Shown here piece by piece: positions 17,963 to 27,006 of a stretch of DNA of 64,000 bases; position 1 is the stretch's first letter, and each line of letters opens with the position of its first letter. The position numbers and the translations under genes were made by a program. The DNA lies in sequence record OQ921332.1; one strand, written 5' to 3'. Source of the stretch: Escherichia phage vB_EcoP_PAS59. The notes beneath the pieces were generated by a model that was given only the letters and a program-made list of their open reading frames with translations, did not search any database and had not been told where the DNA came from.

Positions 17963-18589
17963 GTGAGCTTGTTAAGAGATTTTCAACACTATTATTGTGG
18001 AACATGGATTGCTCAGCGATCACCTGATGGTAAAAACCTCCCTCTATATGTGCTTGATGTTCGTCAGCAAGGTAACTTTGATATCGACGACTACTCACAC
18101 GACGCTGAAAGGTCTTTAGTGTTTGAGGCGGAACGCTGGACTAAAAACTCTGAAGGTCAGTTTGAACGTCAGATTGTTAGTAATATCCCAGTGTTTGATC
18201 ACAGCCTCATTCTAGAGTCTCCAGATGTAGGATACCTTCAGCATGGTAATAACATGGTGAGCTGGACCCATATCAACCCTGTTCGTCAGCGAGCTAAAGG
18301 CTTGATGGGGAATAAACTTCGTGGTGCTGCACCTTCTCTCGGACGTTCGATTCCGGGTGATTTGGTGTACAACTTGTTTAATCCAGAGTTTGAAGGGTTG
18401 GTTACTCGTTTCATCTATATCAACCCTGTCGATGGAAAAGTGTATTACAAAGGGGCTTACGTTGGAAACGTGCTTCTTGAAGCTGGCTATGGCGACAACG
18501 GTCGCCAATCTTTAAACCTTCTGGAGAAGTTCAAGCACATTTCTTCAGACCTGTCATCATATAATGTAGAGTTGGTGGAATCACTATGA
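17963..18589 (+). CDS. protein of unknown function
   Basis: ORF track; RBS AAGGTGA. Confidence 0.5.
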   Translation: MSLLRDFQHYYCGTWIAQRSPDGKNLPLYVLDVRQQGNFDIDDYSHDAERSLVFEAERWTKNSEGQFERQIVSNIPVFDHSLILESPDVGYLQHGNNMVSWTHINPVRQRAKGLMGNKLRGAAPSLGRSIPGDLVYNLFNPEFEGLVTRFIYINPVDGKVYYKGAYVGNVLLEAGYGDNGRQSLNLLEKFKHISSDLSSYNVELVESL

Positions 18590-19686
18590 CAACCGTAGCA
18601 CAAGTTTTTGGATACCGTAACCCTCGCTTATCTGAACCGCATCCAAGCATTGCTTTTCAGTGTGGTGTTGGTATTGAGTTAGAAGTCGAAGGTACTACTG
18701 ACATTGACGTTGATATGTGGGTTTGTACTGAAGACGGCTCTCTTCGTGATGGTTGTGAGTTAGTGTGTTCACGACCTTACAACGGTGAAGAATTACTTCG
18801 TGCTATTAACAATCTGAGTGAAGCAGTACAGGATTCTGGAGCCGAGGGGACTTGGCGCTGCTCCACTCACGTTCATATGGATATGCGGGACGCTGATAGT
18901 AATATCCTTAAGAAAGTTATTCTTGGGTGGACGTTCTATGAAAAGATGATGTTCAAATGTTCTGGATATCATCGTTACCGTAGTAACTTCTGCCCAGCTT
19001 TTGCTGTTGTTCAAGCTCAAGTTATGAATGCTTCATCAGCGTTCAACCGAGATGGGGAAGATTTCTTCCGTACTCTTGTTAATAGCTGGGACAAGTATAC
19101 CTCCCTTAACCTGTTGCCTCTATCTCAGTTTGGTTCTGTTGAGTTTCGTATTTCAGAGCCGAAGTGGAAAAAGAGTCAGCTGCTAAATCTGGTCAATCGC
19201 TTCTTGGTTCTCAAGAAACTGGCTGTTGAATATGCAGATTTAGATAATGAAGCTTATGTTGAGAAGTTGAATGAGCTGCGCTTCGCTCCTATGATTCAAC
19301 ATCTACCTCTAGACTATACTCCAAGAGATAGCGATCTCACTGAAGGGTATCGTCTTGCCCGTGATATTCTGTTCTGTCGTGAGCAATCTGTAACTTTGGT
19401 TGGTCGTGTTCGTGTGCAACAGACTGGCCCTGATGGTGAAGTCCTTATCAACTTACGTGACATGAATGACTTCTATGGTTTCTTGGGATATGTGCGCGGT
19501 AATGCCAACACTGTCTATGAAGAGATCATGACCTACTACACCCCTCAGATTGAAAGCACTCGAATCGCAACGGTTCGTGAAATTCGTCACATGTTTGCAT
19601 TGATGCGTGAATCAGGTAGCAGTGATAATAACATCACTGATTACATTCCAGACCATCTGGAAATGCAATTAGAACGACTGCTGTAA
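18586..19686 (+). CDS. glutamine-synthetase/GCS-like carboxylate-amine ligase (amidoligase), putative
   Basis: ORF track; motifs GIELEVEG, CSTHVHMD, SVEFRISE. Confidence 0.45.
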   Translation: MTTVAQVFGYRNPRLSEPHPSIAFQCGVGIELEVEGTTDIDVDMWVCTEDGSLRDGCELVCSRPYNGEELLRAINNLSEAVQDSGAEGTWRCSTHVHMDMRDADSNILKKVILGWTFYEKMMFKCSGYHRYRSNFCPAFAVVQAQVMNASSAFNRDGEDFFRTLVNSWDKYTSLNLLPLSQFGSVEFRISEPKWKKSQLLNLVNRFLVLKKLAVEYADLDNEAYVEKLNELRFAPMIQHLPLDYTPRDSDLTEGYRLARDILFCREQSVTLVGRVRVQQTGPDGEVLINLRDMNDFYGFLGYVRGNANTVYEEIMTYYTPQIESTRIATVREIRHMFALMRESGSSDNNITDYIPDHLEMQLERLL

Positions 19687-19763
19687 CACAATGGGCGCTC
19701 TGATAAAGGGCGCATTTAAAGGTTAATTAGATGAAAGGGTTTACCCTTCAGGTGGATTAGAAA

Positions 19764-21797
19764 ATTTGTGGTATCGTATTAGCTGGCGGCAACATGACCT
19801 CAACAGATTTGGATATTTTCAACCAACTTCTGTATGCTGGTGTTTTCCGTGGACAGCACTCAACTGGTGTGTTTGGTCAGCGTAAAGGTGAAAAGCAAGT
19901 CTTCTCTTATAAAGAAGCTCTTCCTTCTTATGCTTTTATGCTCCAGACAGAATATACAAATATTACCAAAGGGCTTACGAACTACGTAGTTCCTCCTTCG
20001 TGGATTGTTGGTCACAGCCGACATGCCACTCGTGGGGCTGTCAATGCTCGAAATGCTCACCCATTTACTCACGGGGATATTACTCTGGTTCATAATGGAA
20101 CCCTGTTAGATCAAGATCTCCTTCCTGACAGTAAGCGTTTCGAAGTTGATAGTGAAAACATCTGCCACTCAATTAATACCATTGGAGCAGCAGAGACTAT
20201 CCAAAAACTGGATGGTGCATTCACTTTGATTTGGCATGATGCTAAAGACAACACGCTTCACATTATCCGTAATGATGAGCGTCCTTTCCACCTAGCCCGT
20301 TGTGGTTTAGATTGGTTTGGGGCTTCTGAAGAAGCTATGCTTATGTGGATTTTAGAGCGTTCTAAATCCCACAAGAACCGTATCAATGACCACTTCGAAT
20401 GTAAAGTGGGAACTGAGTATATCTTTGATGTGTCTAACAGTCGTATGACTCTGGTTCAAGAGGTGGAGCACAAGCTTCCGGTTTTTACGATAACGAGTCG
20501 CTGGGGCGGCTATTACTCGAACTCCTCTCTATATCAGAACCGACAGACAAACAAATCAAGCAGCAGCACAAGCGACATTTACGGAAACAAAGACGACAAG
20601 CCCGGCGTGACAAGCGGAGACATTCGTCGTCGTAAAGCGATTGAAGACCAGAACAAACTGGCTGCCGATCGTGGTCTTCCTTATCGTCGTGATGGTCGTG
20701 TGGATATTATTCCTCACGAGTTCCATGCTTATAACAACACAGATCGTGGTAAGATGGTTGGTTACATCTACGACGATAAAGCCCAAGAGTATGTCGAAGG
20801 GGATGTTCACAACGTAGCCAAAGATGAATATCTTAAGGCTCTTGAAAACCCAAAGGTAGTATATCGCGGGACGATTGCTTGTATCTCCGAAGTGGACAGT
20901 ATGATTCGCCTCGTACTAACTTCAGGGCTGTTTGTTGATGCTACAGATAAGGAGCCTCAAAGCACTACTGCTGATTTTGATGATGATATCCCTTTTGATG
21001 CAGAGGACTCCTTCATCACTAAAAATGGTGTAGAAGTCACTCGTAAGTTCTGGGAATCTCACTCTCATGGAGATTGTGGTGGCTGTGATAAGCACATTGA
21101 CTGGAAAGATGCTCGTAAGGCTGTGTTTGCTTACCAAGCGTACTGGCATCCAGAATGCTTCGAAGCGTTGTCTAAAACCTCTGAAGAGGAAGAAGACGTA
21201 CCTTTGGGTGTATGTGCTGTCTGTGGTGAAGTCAAGACTGATTTCGAGTTTGACAACGAAATGAGTAAACTTCGTGGTGAAGATATTTGTTATATCTGCT
21301 CCAAAGAAATCAAAGATAAAGTAAAAAATGTTACTCTGTCTGAAGGTTATATTTGGACTAAAGCAGTAGACACAACTAATCCGCGTCGTCCTGAAGTGGC
21401 TGTTCGTGTTGATGAACGTATGCTTAGCCGTATGATTGTAATGGTCAGCTCAGCAAAACGTTCAGGGGATATTACACTCGCAGATGTTCCTAACTCATAT
21501 TTGGAAAAACGTGGTGGCGATACTTATGCCATTTCCGTTTACGGTCCAAAGAATGCCCCAAAGGAGGTACCCGCTGAGAAAGCGGAGACATTTCCAGAAA
21601 AATCAACCTCTCTCCGAAAAACAGTTGTCAGTTATGACGGACAACGAACAGCTGAGTTCACAAAAGCCCTCTGGACTTCAATTGGGTTTTGTGCAGTCTG
21701 TTATAAACAAATTCCGTGGCGTGATGCAGAAACTTGCTCACTAAACAAAGAAAATAGAGTGATCTGTAATTCAGATTACTGTAAAGGTAAACACTAA
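19764..21797 (+). CDS. class-II (Ntn) glutamine amidotransferase with Cys-rich C-terminal extension; start proposed at ATT 19764
   Basis: ORF track gives 19794..21797, but the in-frame codons just upstream encode (I)CGIVLAGGN, the canonical N-terminal Cys of PurF/GlmS-type amidotransferases; RGQ motif; C-terminal CxxC clusters. Confidence 0.5.
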   Translation: MCGIVLAGGNMTSTDLDIFNQLLYAGVFRGQHSTGVFGQRKGEKQVFSYKEALPSYAFMLQTEYTNITKGLTNYVVPPSWIVGHSRHATRGAVNARNAHPFTHGDITLVHNGTLLDQDLLPDSKRFEVDSENICHSINTIGAAETIQKLDGAFTLIWHDAKDNTLHIIRNDERPFHLARCGLDWFGASEEAMLMWILERSKSHKNRINDHFECKVGTEYIFDVSNSRMTLVQEVEHKLPVFTITSRWGGYYSNSSLYQNRQTNKSSSSTSDIYGNKDDKPGVTSGDIRRRKAIEDQNKLAADRGLPYRRDGRVDIIPHEFHAYNNTDRGKMVGYIYDDKAQEYVEGDVHNVAKDEYLKALENPKVVYRGTIACISEVDSMIRLVLTSGLFVDATDKEPQSTTADFDDDIPFDAEDSFITKNGVEVTRKFWESHSHGDCGGCDKHIDWKDARKAVFAYQAYWHPECFEALSKTSEEEEDVPLGVCAVCGEVKTDFEFDNEMSKLRGEDICYICSKEIKDKVKNVTLSEGYIWTKAVDTTNPRRPEVAVRVDERMLSRMIVMVSSAKRSGDITLADVPNSYLEKRGGDTYAISVYGPKNAPKEVPAEKAETFPEKSTSLRKTVVSYDGQRTAEFTKALWTSIGFCAVCYKQIPWRDAETCSLNKENRVICNSDYCKGKH

Positions 21798-21808
21798 GAG
21801 GTATAGTT

Positions 21809-22042
21809 ATGGAAGTTCGTAAACTGATGTTGGATAACGTGGTAACTACCCGTCGTATTCCGATGACAAGCACAGGATGTGATAACCTCCGAGCAATTCA
21901 GAAGTGGATGCAAGAAGGTATTGGGAAGCTGGTTGACTCTCCAGTAGAAATCCCTTTTCCAACCGTTATCAATAACGTGTTGGCTGACTATGTTAAAATG
22001 AAGGGGATTAAAGTTGAGCCTCATGTCAAGCAAGGGAGCTAA
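21809..22042 (+). CDS. hypothetical small protein
   Basis: ORF track. Confidence 0.35.
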   Translation: MEVRKLMLDNVVTTRRIPMTSTGCDNLRAIQKWMQEGIGKLVDSPVEIPFPTVINNVLADYVKMKGIKVEPHVKQGS

Positions 22043-22244
22043 GCCTCACCTGACAATGCTGGAGTATCAACAACTCCGACTTCAACAACTGGTAACGGAG
22101 CAGCGAAAGCTGTATCCGTTTGCTTTTAACTTAATCGACTCTCCAAGTGATGCCCAAGAAGACGAAATGTTCGCCGAGTATTGGGCAATCGAAGCTAAAA
22201 TTCAATCCTGTCGTAACGAAATTCTTAAACTAAAAGGTATCTAA
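22014..22244 (+). CDS. hypothetical small protein
   Basis: ORF track. Confidence 0.3.
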   Translation: MSLMSSKGAKPHLTMLEYQQLRLQQLVTEQRKLYPFAFNLIDSPSDAQEDEMFAEYWAIEAKIQSCRNEILKLKGI

Positions 22245-22246
22245 AA

Positions 22247-23494
22247 ATGACTACTCGTATCCGTGTTCTTCCGTATGGCCCGTCTGATTCTGTTAACGCT
22301 CTGGTATCTGCTATCAGTGATACTATCCGTGATGAACGTATCAACGCTAACATAATGGGTCTTCTTTCAGAGAACAGTCGCTGGCGTTCTCGTGAGGATG
22401 ATGTGGTTGTGAACTACGGGAACCGTCGCTATCCTGAATCCTTCTTTGGTTCTGCAACTGTCCTTAACCGTACCGCAGCCTTACATATGGCAGCGAACAA
22501 ACGTCGTGCTTTCAGCGTGATGGACCAAGCAGGTGTTAAAACTGTTGAGTATACAGATGTTCAAGAGATTGCTCAGGAGTGGTCAAACTCTGGCAACATT
22601 GTGTATGAACGTCATGAACTGACTGGTCACTCTGGTTCGGGTATCGTTGTTGTTGAGCCTCGTGATTCAATTGGTCAAGCTGAACTGTACACCAAAGGTA
22701 TTCAAGGTCCACGTCGTGAATGGCGTGTCCATGTGTTCAAAGGTGTTATCACCTATGTTCAGAAGAAGATTCGTCGTAACGGCTATCGTGAAGACCCTAA
22801 CTATCGTGAAGATGTTCGTAACCATCACACTGGTTGGGTTTACTCAAGTTCCTTCACAGACGCTCCAAATGATGCATCTCTGATCAACGCAGTGAAGGCC
22901 GTTGAATCGATGGGTCTGGATTTTGGTGCAGTTGATATCATTACCAAAGGCCGAGAAGCATGGGTACTGGAAGTTAACACAGCACCGGGCCTGACTGGTA
23001 CAACTCTGGATATCTACCGTCACAACATCCTTGAGTTTGTTAAAGCTCAAAATCCTCTCTATACTCCTCAGTATAAAGTGGGTTACCAGACTCCTGTTGA
23101 AGCTCCAATCGAAGACGGAGATGGAGAGTTGGTAGATGACAGCGAAAGCGCTAATGATGAAAACTTTGCACTGGAAGGTCAGGTAGCACAGCCGGTTGAG
23201 TTGGTAGATGTAGTTCCTGAAGAGATGCAACTGGAAGGTCAGATGAATACTCAAACTATTCGTAATGCACCTACTGGTTACACTTTATCTCGTGGTTATT
23301 GGATTGCAGATATCCGTCATGTCCATAACAACCTGCAACCGAATGCAATGTCTTCCAATGTCATTTTGTTCTGTGATGGTCGTAACTTCTACCGTAGTGG
23401 CTGGAACGTTCCGGTCAATCCAGTCCAGATTCATAACCCTCGCAAGTTAGAATCTGTCAATGTTGAAGGTAGCGAAGTAGCAGTAACTCTGTAA
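22247..23494 (+). CDS. ATP-grasp ligase (RimK-like) with acidic C-terminal extension
   Basis: ORF track; ERHELTGHSGSGIVVVEP, EWRVHVFKG, DFGAVDII...WVLEVNTAPG. Confidence 0.55.
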   Translation: MTTRIRVLPYGPSDSVNALVSAISDTIRDERINANIMGLLSENSRWRSREDDVVVNYGNRRYPESFFGSATVLNRTAALHMAANKRRAFSVMDQAGVKTVEYTDVQEIAQEWSNSGNIVYERHELTGHSGSGIVVVEPRDSIGQAELYTKGIQGPRREWRVHVFKGVITYVQKKIRRNGYREDPNYREDVRNHHTGWVYSSSFTDAPNDASLINAVKAVESMGLDFGAVDIITKGREAWVLEVNTAPGLTGTTLDIYRHNILEFVKAQNPLYTPQYKVGYQTPVEAPIEDGDGELVDDSESANDENFALEGQVAQPVELVDVVPEEMQLEGQMNTQTIRNAPTGYTLSRGYWIADIRHVHNNLQPNAMSSNVILFCDGRNFYRSGWNVPVNPVQIHNPRKLESVNVEGSEVAVTL

Positions 23495-23520
23495 TTAAAT
23501 TAAACAAAAAGGAATTTGTA

Positions 23521-23763
23521 ATGTTGTCTATCGAAGATTTGATCAGCCGTGGAATGACCGAAGAAAAAGAGCCTCTGATTGTAGGCTCTCGTAAAGCTAT
23601 CAACCAACTCTGTGAAGAGTTCGGTATCACAAATAAGAGAATGATTGGTAATCAGTTCTCTGCAATCATCACCTTCCTCAAACGAGGTGATAAATATTCA
23701 ATGGAAAGTGCTGAGCGTATCATCGCAATTGCACAAGCAGATAAGGGAGTAACAAGTCTGTGA
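23521..23763 (+). CDS. hypothetical small protein
   Basis: ORF track. Confidence 0.4.
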   Translation: MLSIEDLISRGMTEEKEPLIVGSRKAINQLCEEFGITNKRMIGNQFSAIITFLKRGDKYSMESAERIIAIAQADKGVTSL

Positions 23764-23945
23764 ATAAATATACAATCATGTTTCGTACAGTAACATCAGA
23801 AGGGAATATTCAATCTCTGGATATTCAAGCAGACCGCTTTGAATCACTTGGAACAAATGTCAATTTCTTCCGAGGCGCAGAGCTAGTAGGTACGTTCCAA
23901 TCTGATGTATTAACTGGTGTGATCAAACACTTCGAAGTAGAATAA
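23760..23945 (+). CDS. hypothetical small protein
   Basis: ORF track; followed by hairpin AGCCTC...GAGGCT. Confidence 0.4.
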   Translation: MNKYTIMFRTVTSEGNIQSLDIQADRFESLGTNVNFFRGAELVGTFQSDVLTGVIKHFEVE

Positions 23946-24011
23946 TTTGCTTTAGCCTCTTCGAAAGAGGAGGCTAGTTCGAATTTAACTGAAACACTAA
24001 AAGGTAATATA

Positions 24012-24443
24012 ATGTCTGATAAAGTACTAGTTGCAACTTACGGAAGCTTGAGAAAAGGTCAACACAACCACGCTATCAATGCTCGTGCAGGTGGTGTGTC
24101 TATTGGTGAAGGGTGGACAGTAAACAACTGTAACCTGTATCAGTATTGCACAGCATACTTCCCAAGTGTATCTTTGGAGCATGACAGCAATGGTAAGCCT
24201 GTTCGTGTAGAAGTCTTTGAAACAACCCAAGCTGGTCTGGAAGGTCCGTATGACGGTCTGGAAGGTCATCGTGGTAATGATAACCCATACACCTTTTATA
24301 AGCGTACACTGATTCCAGTATTATTGGACAGCGGTGAAACTGTGGAAGCGTGGATTTATCACATCGACGAAGAACAAGATGTTCTGGTTGAATCGGGTGA
24401 CTGGACAGCATATCTGGCAGGTGAGAAGGATGACAGTAACTGA
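24012..24443 (+). CDS. gamma-glutamyl cyclotransferase-like (GGCT/AIG2 fold) protein
   Basis: ORF track; N-terminal YGSLRKG motif. Confidence 0.5.
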   Translation: MSDKVLVATYGSLRKGQHNHAINARAGGVSIGEGWTVNNCNLYQYCTAYFPSVSLEHDSNGKPVRVEVFETTQAGLEGPYDGLEGHRGNDNPYTFYKRTLIPVLLDSGETVEAWIYHIDEEQDVLVESGDWTAYLAGEKDDSN

Positions 24444-24636
24444 CAGGCAGAAGTTAAGAAAGCTTGAATCTGACTACTTAAAGATGCGGTGGAAGATTAA
24501 TCGCTATGAAAAGTTTGTCAGTATGCTCACACCTGATAAGCACTCTGAAGAGTTTATTCACAGAACAAAGCAAACCTTGCAGGGTTTTCGAAACTTGCAA
24601 GATGACGTGTGGGAAGAAATACGATCGTTTTATTAA
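24430..24636 (+). CDS. hypothetical small protein
   Basis: internal ATG of ORF track 24334..24636. Confidence 0.35.
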   Translation: MTVTDRQKLRKLESDYLKMRWKINRYEKFVSMLTPDKHSEEFIHRTKQTLQGFRNLQDDVWEEIRSFY

Positions 24637-24671
24637 GAAGATTGCTCAAGGAATTCCAAGGAGGATAGAGC

Positions 24672-26462
24672 ATGTCAAAGATCATTTTGGGAGACACAGG
24701 CTGTAAAGAGTGCATCTCTCATGGTCGTGATAAGACCCATAATCACATGATTCTCTTCCGAAATGAAGAGTCCGGTGAGGAGTGGGGTTCATGTAACAGA
24801 TGTGGTGCGTATGAAATCTTCGAGAAAGGAACGACGCCCACTCCTAATGAAAAGAAAGAGCTGTCCCCTGAAGAACTTCGAGAAGTCTTAGACGATTGCT
24901 TAGAGCTTCCTCAGGGAGAGTTGACTCGTCGCTTAATCCCTAAAGCTGTGTCTGAACGCTATGGATGCCGTATTGGTTTAAGTCAAACAGACGGTCAAAC
25001 TCCTGACAGCTACTTCTTCCCTCGTGAACGTGATGGGAATATTGTTGGATATGAAGTAAAACTTCTAGACAGCAAGAAATTCTATTATGTAGGTAATGTG
25101 AAAGAAGCCGACTTATTTGGTATGGCTCAAGCACAACGTGGTGACGTATACAACAAGAAACTCTTCATCTTTGAAGATCCTCTCTCTTGTATGTCTGGGT
25201 TCCACGTACTTACCGCGTTTACAAACGCAACTAACATCAAACCTGCTTGCGTCTCTCTTCCGTTCGGTGCAGGTTCAATCTCTTCTGTCTTATCAAGAAA
25301 CCGTGATTTTATTAATGGTTTCGAGGAGATTGTACTCTGCATGGACAATGATGATGCAGGTGAGATTGCTTTAACTAAGGGTCGTTCTCTGTACCCGCAT
25401 GTTAAGTTTTCAAGGATTCCAAAAGGTACGTTCACTTATAACGGACAAGAAAAGGAAATCAAAGATGCAAACGACATGTTACTGGCAGGGAGAGGTCAAG
25501 AGCTTTTCAATAATCTTAAGTATTCAGCTAAGCGGGAATCTCCTGCTGGAGCTGTTACAGTTTTTGATTGCCTCGAAGATGCTCTGAAGAAAGCGGAATG
25601 GGGTATTCCTTATCCGTGGAAAACTCTTAACGACATGACCTTTGGTATTCGTTGGGGAGAGATGGTTGCAATCGGCGGTGGTGTTGGTTCAGGTAAAACC
25701 TTAATCGCACACGAACTGGTAGCATGGCTTTGCCTTGAGCATGGTTTTAATGGTGGTGGCTTCTTCTTGGAAGAGAAGGTAGGCATGTCTGTTAAGAACA
25801 TTGCTGGTAAGTCTGCATCTGTTCCATTTCACCGACCAGATGTTGAGTATGAAGAAAGCCAGCTACGAGATGAAGCACTTCGATACGCTGATAAGTTTTT
25901 CTTATACGACAACTTTGGACAGAATGAGTGGGAAGACATTAAGCAGTGTATTCGCTTTTGGGTAGTTGAGAATCAATGTAAGTTTATCATCCTTGATAAC
26001 ATCACTGCATTGGTATCTCACTTAACTCCATCCGAAGTGAATACAGAAATCAGTAAGATTGCTTCAGAGCTTGCTGGTATGTGTAAGGAATTAGACTTCA
26101 CTGCTTTTGTGTTATCTCACTTGAATGCTCCGGCGGGCGGTGCCCCTCACGAAGAAGGTGGTCAGGTTAAAGAAGTACAGTTTACTGGCTCACGTTCATT
26201 AATGCGCTGGTGTCAATGTATTATCGGTTTCGAACGTAATAAACAAGCGGATGGGTTAGGTAAAAACTTGTCAATCATACGTCTGCTCAAAGAGCGTAAC
26301 TATGGACAGACGGGGGTTTGCTATACCAAATATATTAACGAAACAGGTCGTCTTGTAGAACGAGAAGATCATGAAGTTGATGAAGATAATCCGTTTACAG
26401 TCACCAACGGAGAAGATGCAGCTTCCTTACTCTCACAAGAAGGGGAGGCGCGTCCGTGGTAA
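24672..26462 (+). CDS. T7 gp4-like primase-helicase
   Basis: ORF track; RBS AGGAGG; zinc ribbon CKEC...CNRC; Walker [10 protein letters not shown]. Confidence 0.85.
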   Translation: MSKIILGDTGCKECISHGRDKTHNHMILFRNEESGEEWGSCNRCGAYEIFEKGTTPTPNEKKELSPEELREVLDDCLELPQGELTRRLIPKAVSERYGCRIGLSQTDGQTPDSYFFPRERDGNIVGYEVKLLDSKKFYYVGNVKEADLFGMAQAQRGDVYNKKLFIFEDPLSCMSGFHVLTAFTNATNIKPACVSLPFGAGSISSVLSRNRDFINGFEEIVLCMDNDDAGEIALTKGRSLYPHVKFSRIPKGTFTYNGQEKEIKDANDMLLAGRGQELFNNLKYSAKRESPAGAVTVFDCLEDALKKAEWGIPYPWKTLNDMTFGIRWGEMVAIGGGVGSGKTLIAHELVAWLCLEHGFNGGGFFLEEKVGMSVKNIAGKSASVPFHRPDVEYEESQLRDEALRYADKFFLYDNFGQNEWEDIKQCIRFWVVENQCKFIILDNITALVSHLTPSEVNTEISKIASELAGMCKELDFTAFVLSHLNAPAGGAPHEEGGQVKEVQFTGSRSLMRWCQCIIGFERNKQADGLGKNLSIIRLLKERNYGQTGVCYTKYINETGRLVEREDHEVDEDNPFTVTNGEDAASLLSQEGEARPW

Positions 26463-27004
26463 AGAAACTGTATGCGTTTGATATTGAAGGTGATAACCTC
26501 TATGACGGTATTCAGAATGTCTGGTGTATATGGATATTTGATGTACTGTCTGGAGAACGGTGGGGGTATCGCCCTCACCAAATTGAAGAAGCACTACACA
26601 AACTGAAAGAAGCTGATGTAGTAATAGGTCACAATATTATTGATTTTGACCTTCCTGCTTTGTTTAAATTCTATTCTCATGTGATACCTTTTCGTTTTAA
26701 TGTCTTTGATACTCTGTGCCTGAGTCGATACCTCAAGCCTGACCGTATTGGTGACAGTCCAGAATACCCCAAAGGCGACCCTAGACATGGCCCTCGCGGT
26801 CATGGCCTCAAGCAATGGGGTGAATTTCTGGGAGAGCTGAAGGGTGATTATGGTGAACAGGAAGAAGCATGGGACGCATTCACTGAAGACATGTTCACAT
26901 ATTGTGAGCAAGACGTTAACTTGACAGTTAAGGTTTACATGTGTCTTTGCCAAATGGCAGGATTTGATTATAAGAATCCCCCATCTCTCAACTGGAAAAT
27001 GTAG
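26456..27004 (+). CDS. family-A DNA polymerase, N-terminal 3'-5' exonuclease domain (separate ORF)
   Basis: ORF track; Exo I motif FDIEG; [38 protein letters not shown] align with T7 gp5 residues ~1-190 as recalled; ends at a stop. Confidence 0.8.
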   Translation: MVKKLYAFDIEGDNLYDGIQNVWCIWIFDVLSGERWGYRPHQIEEALHKLKEADVVIGHNIIDFDLPALFKFYSHVIPFRFNVFDTLCLSRYLKPDRIGDSPEYPKGDPRHGPRGHGLKQWGEFLGELKGDYGEQEEAWDAFTEDMFTYCEQDVNLTVKVYMCLCQMAGFDYKNPPSLNWKM

Positions 27005-27006
27005 AA

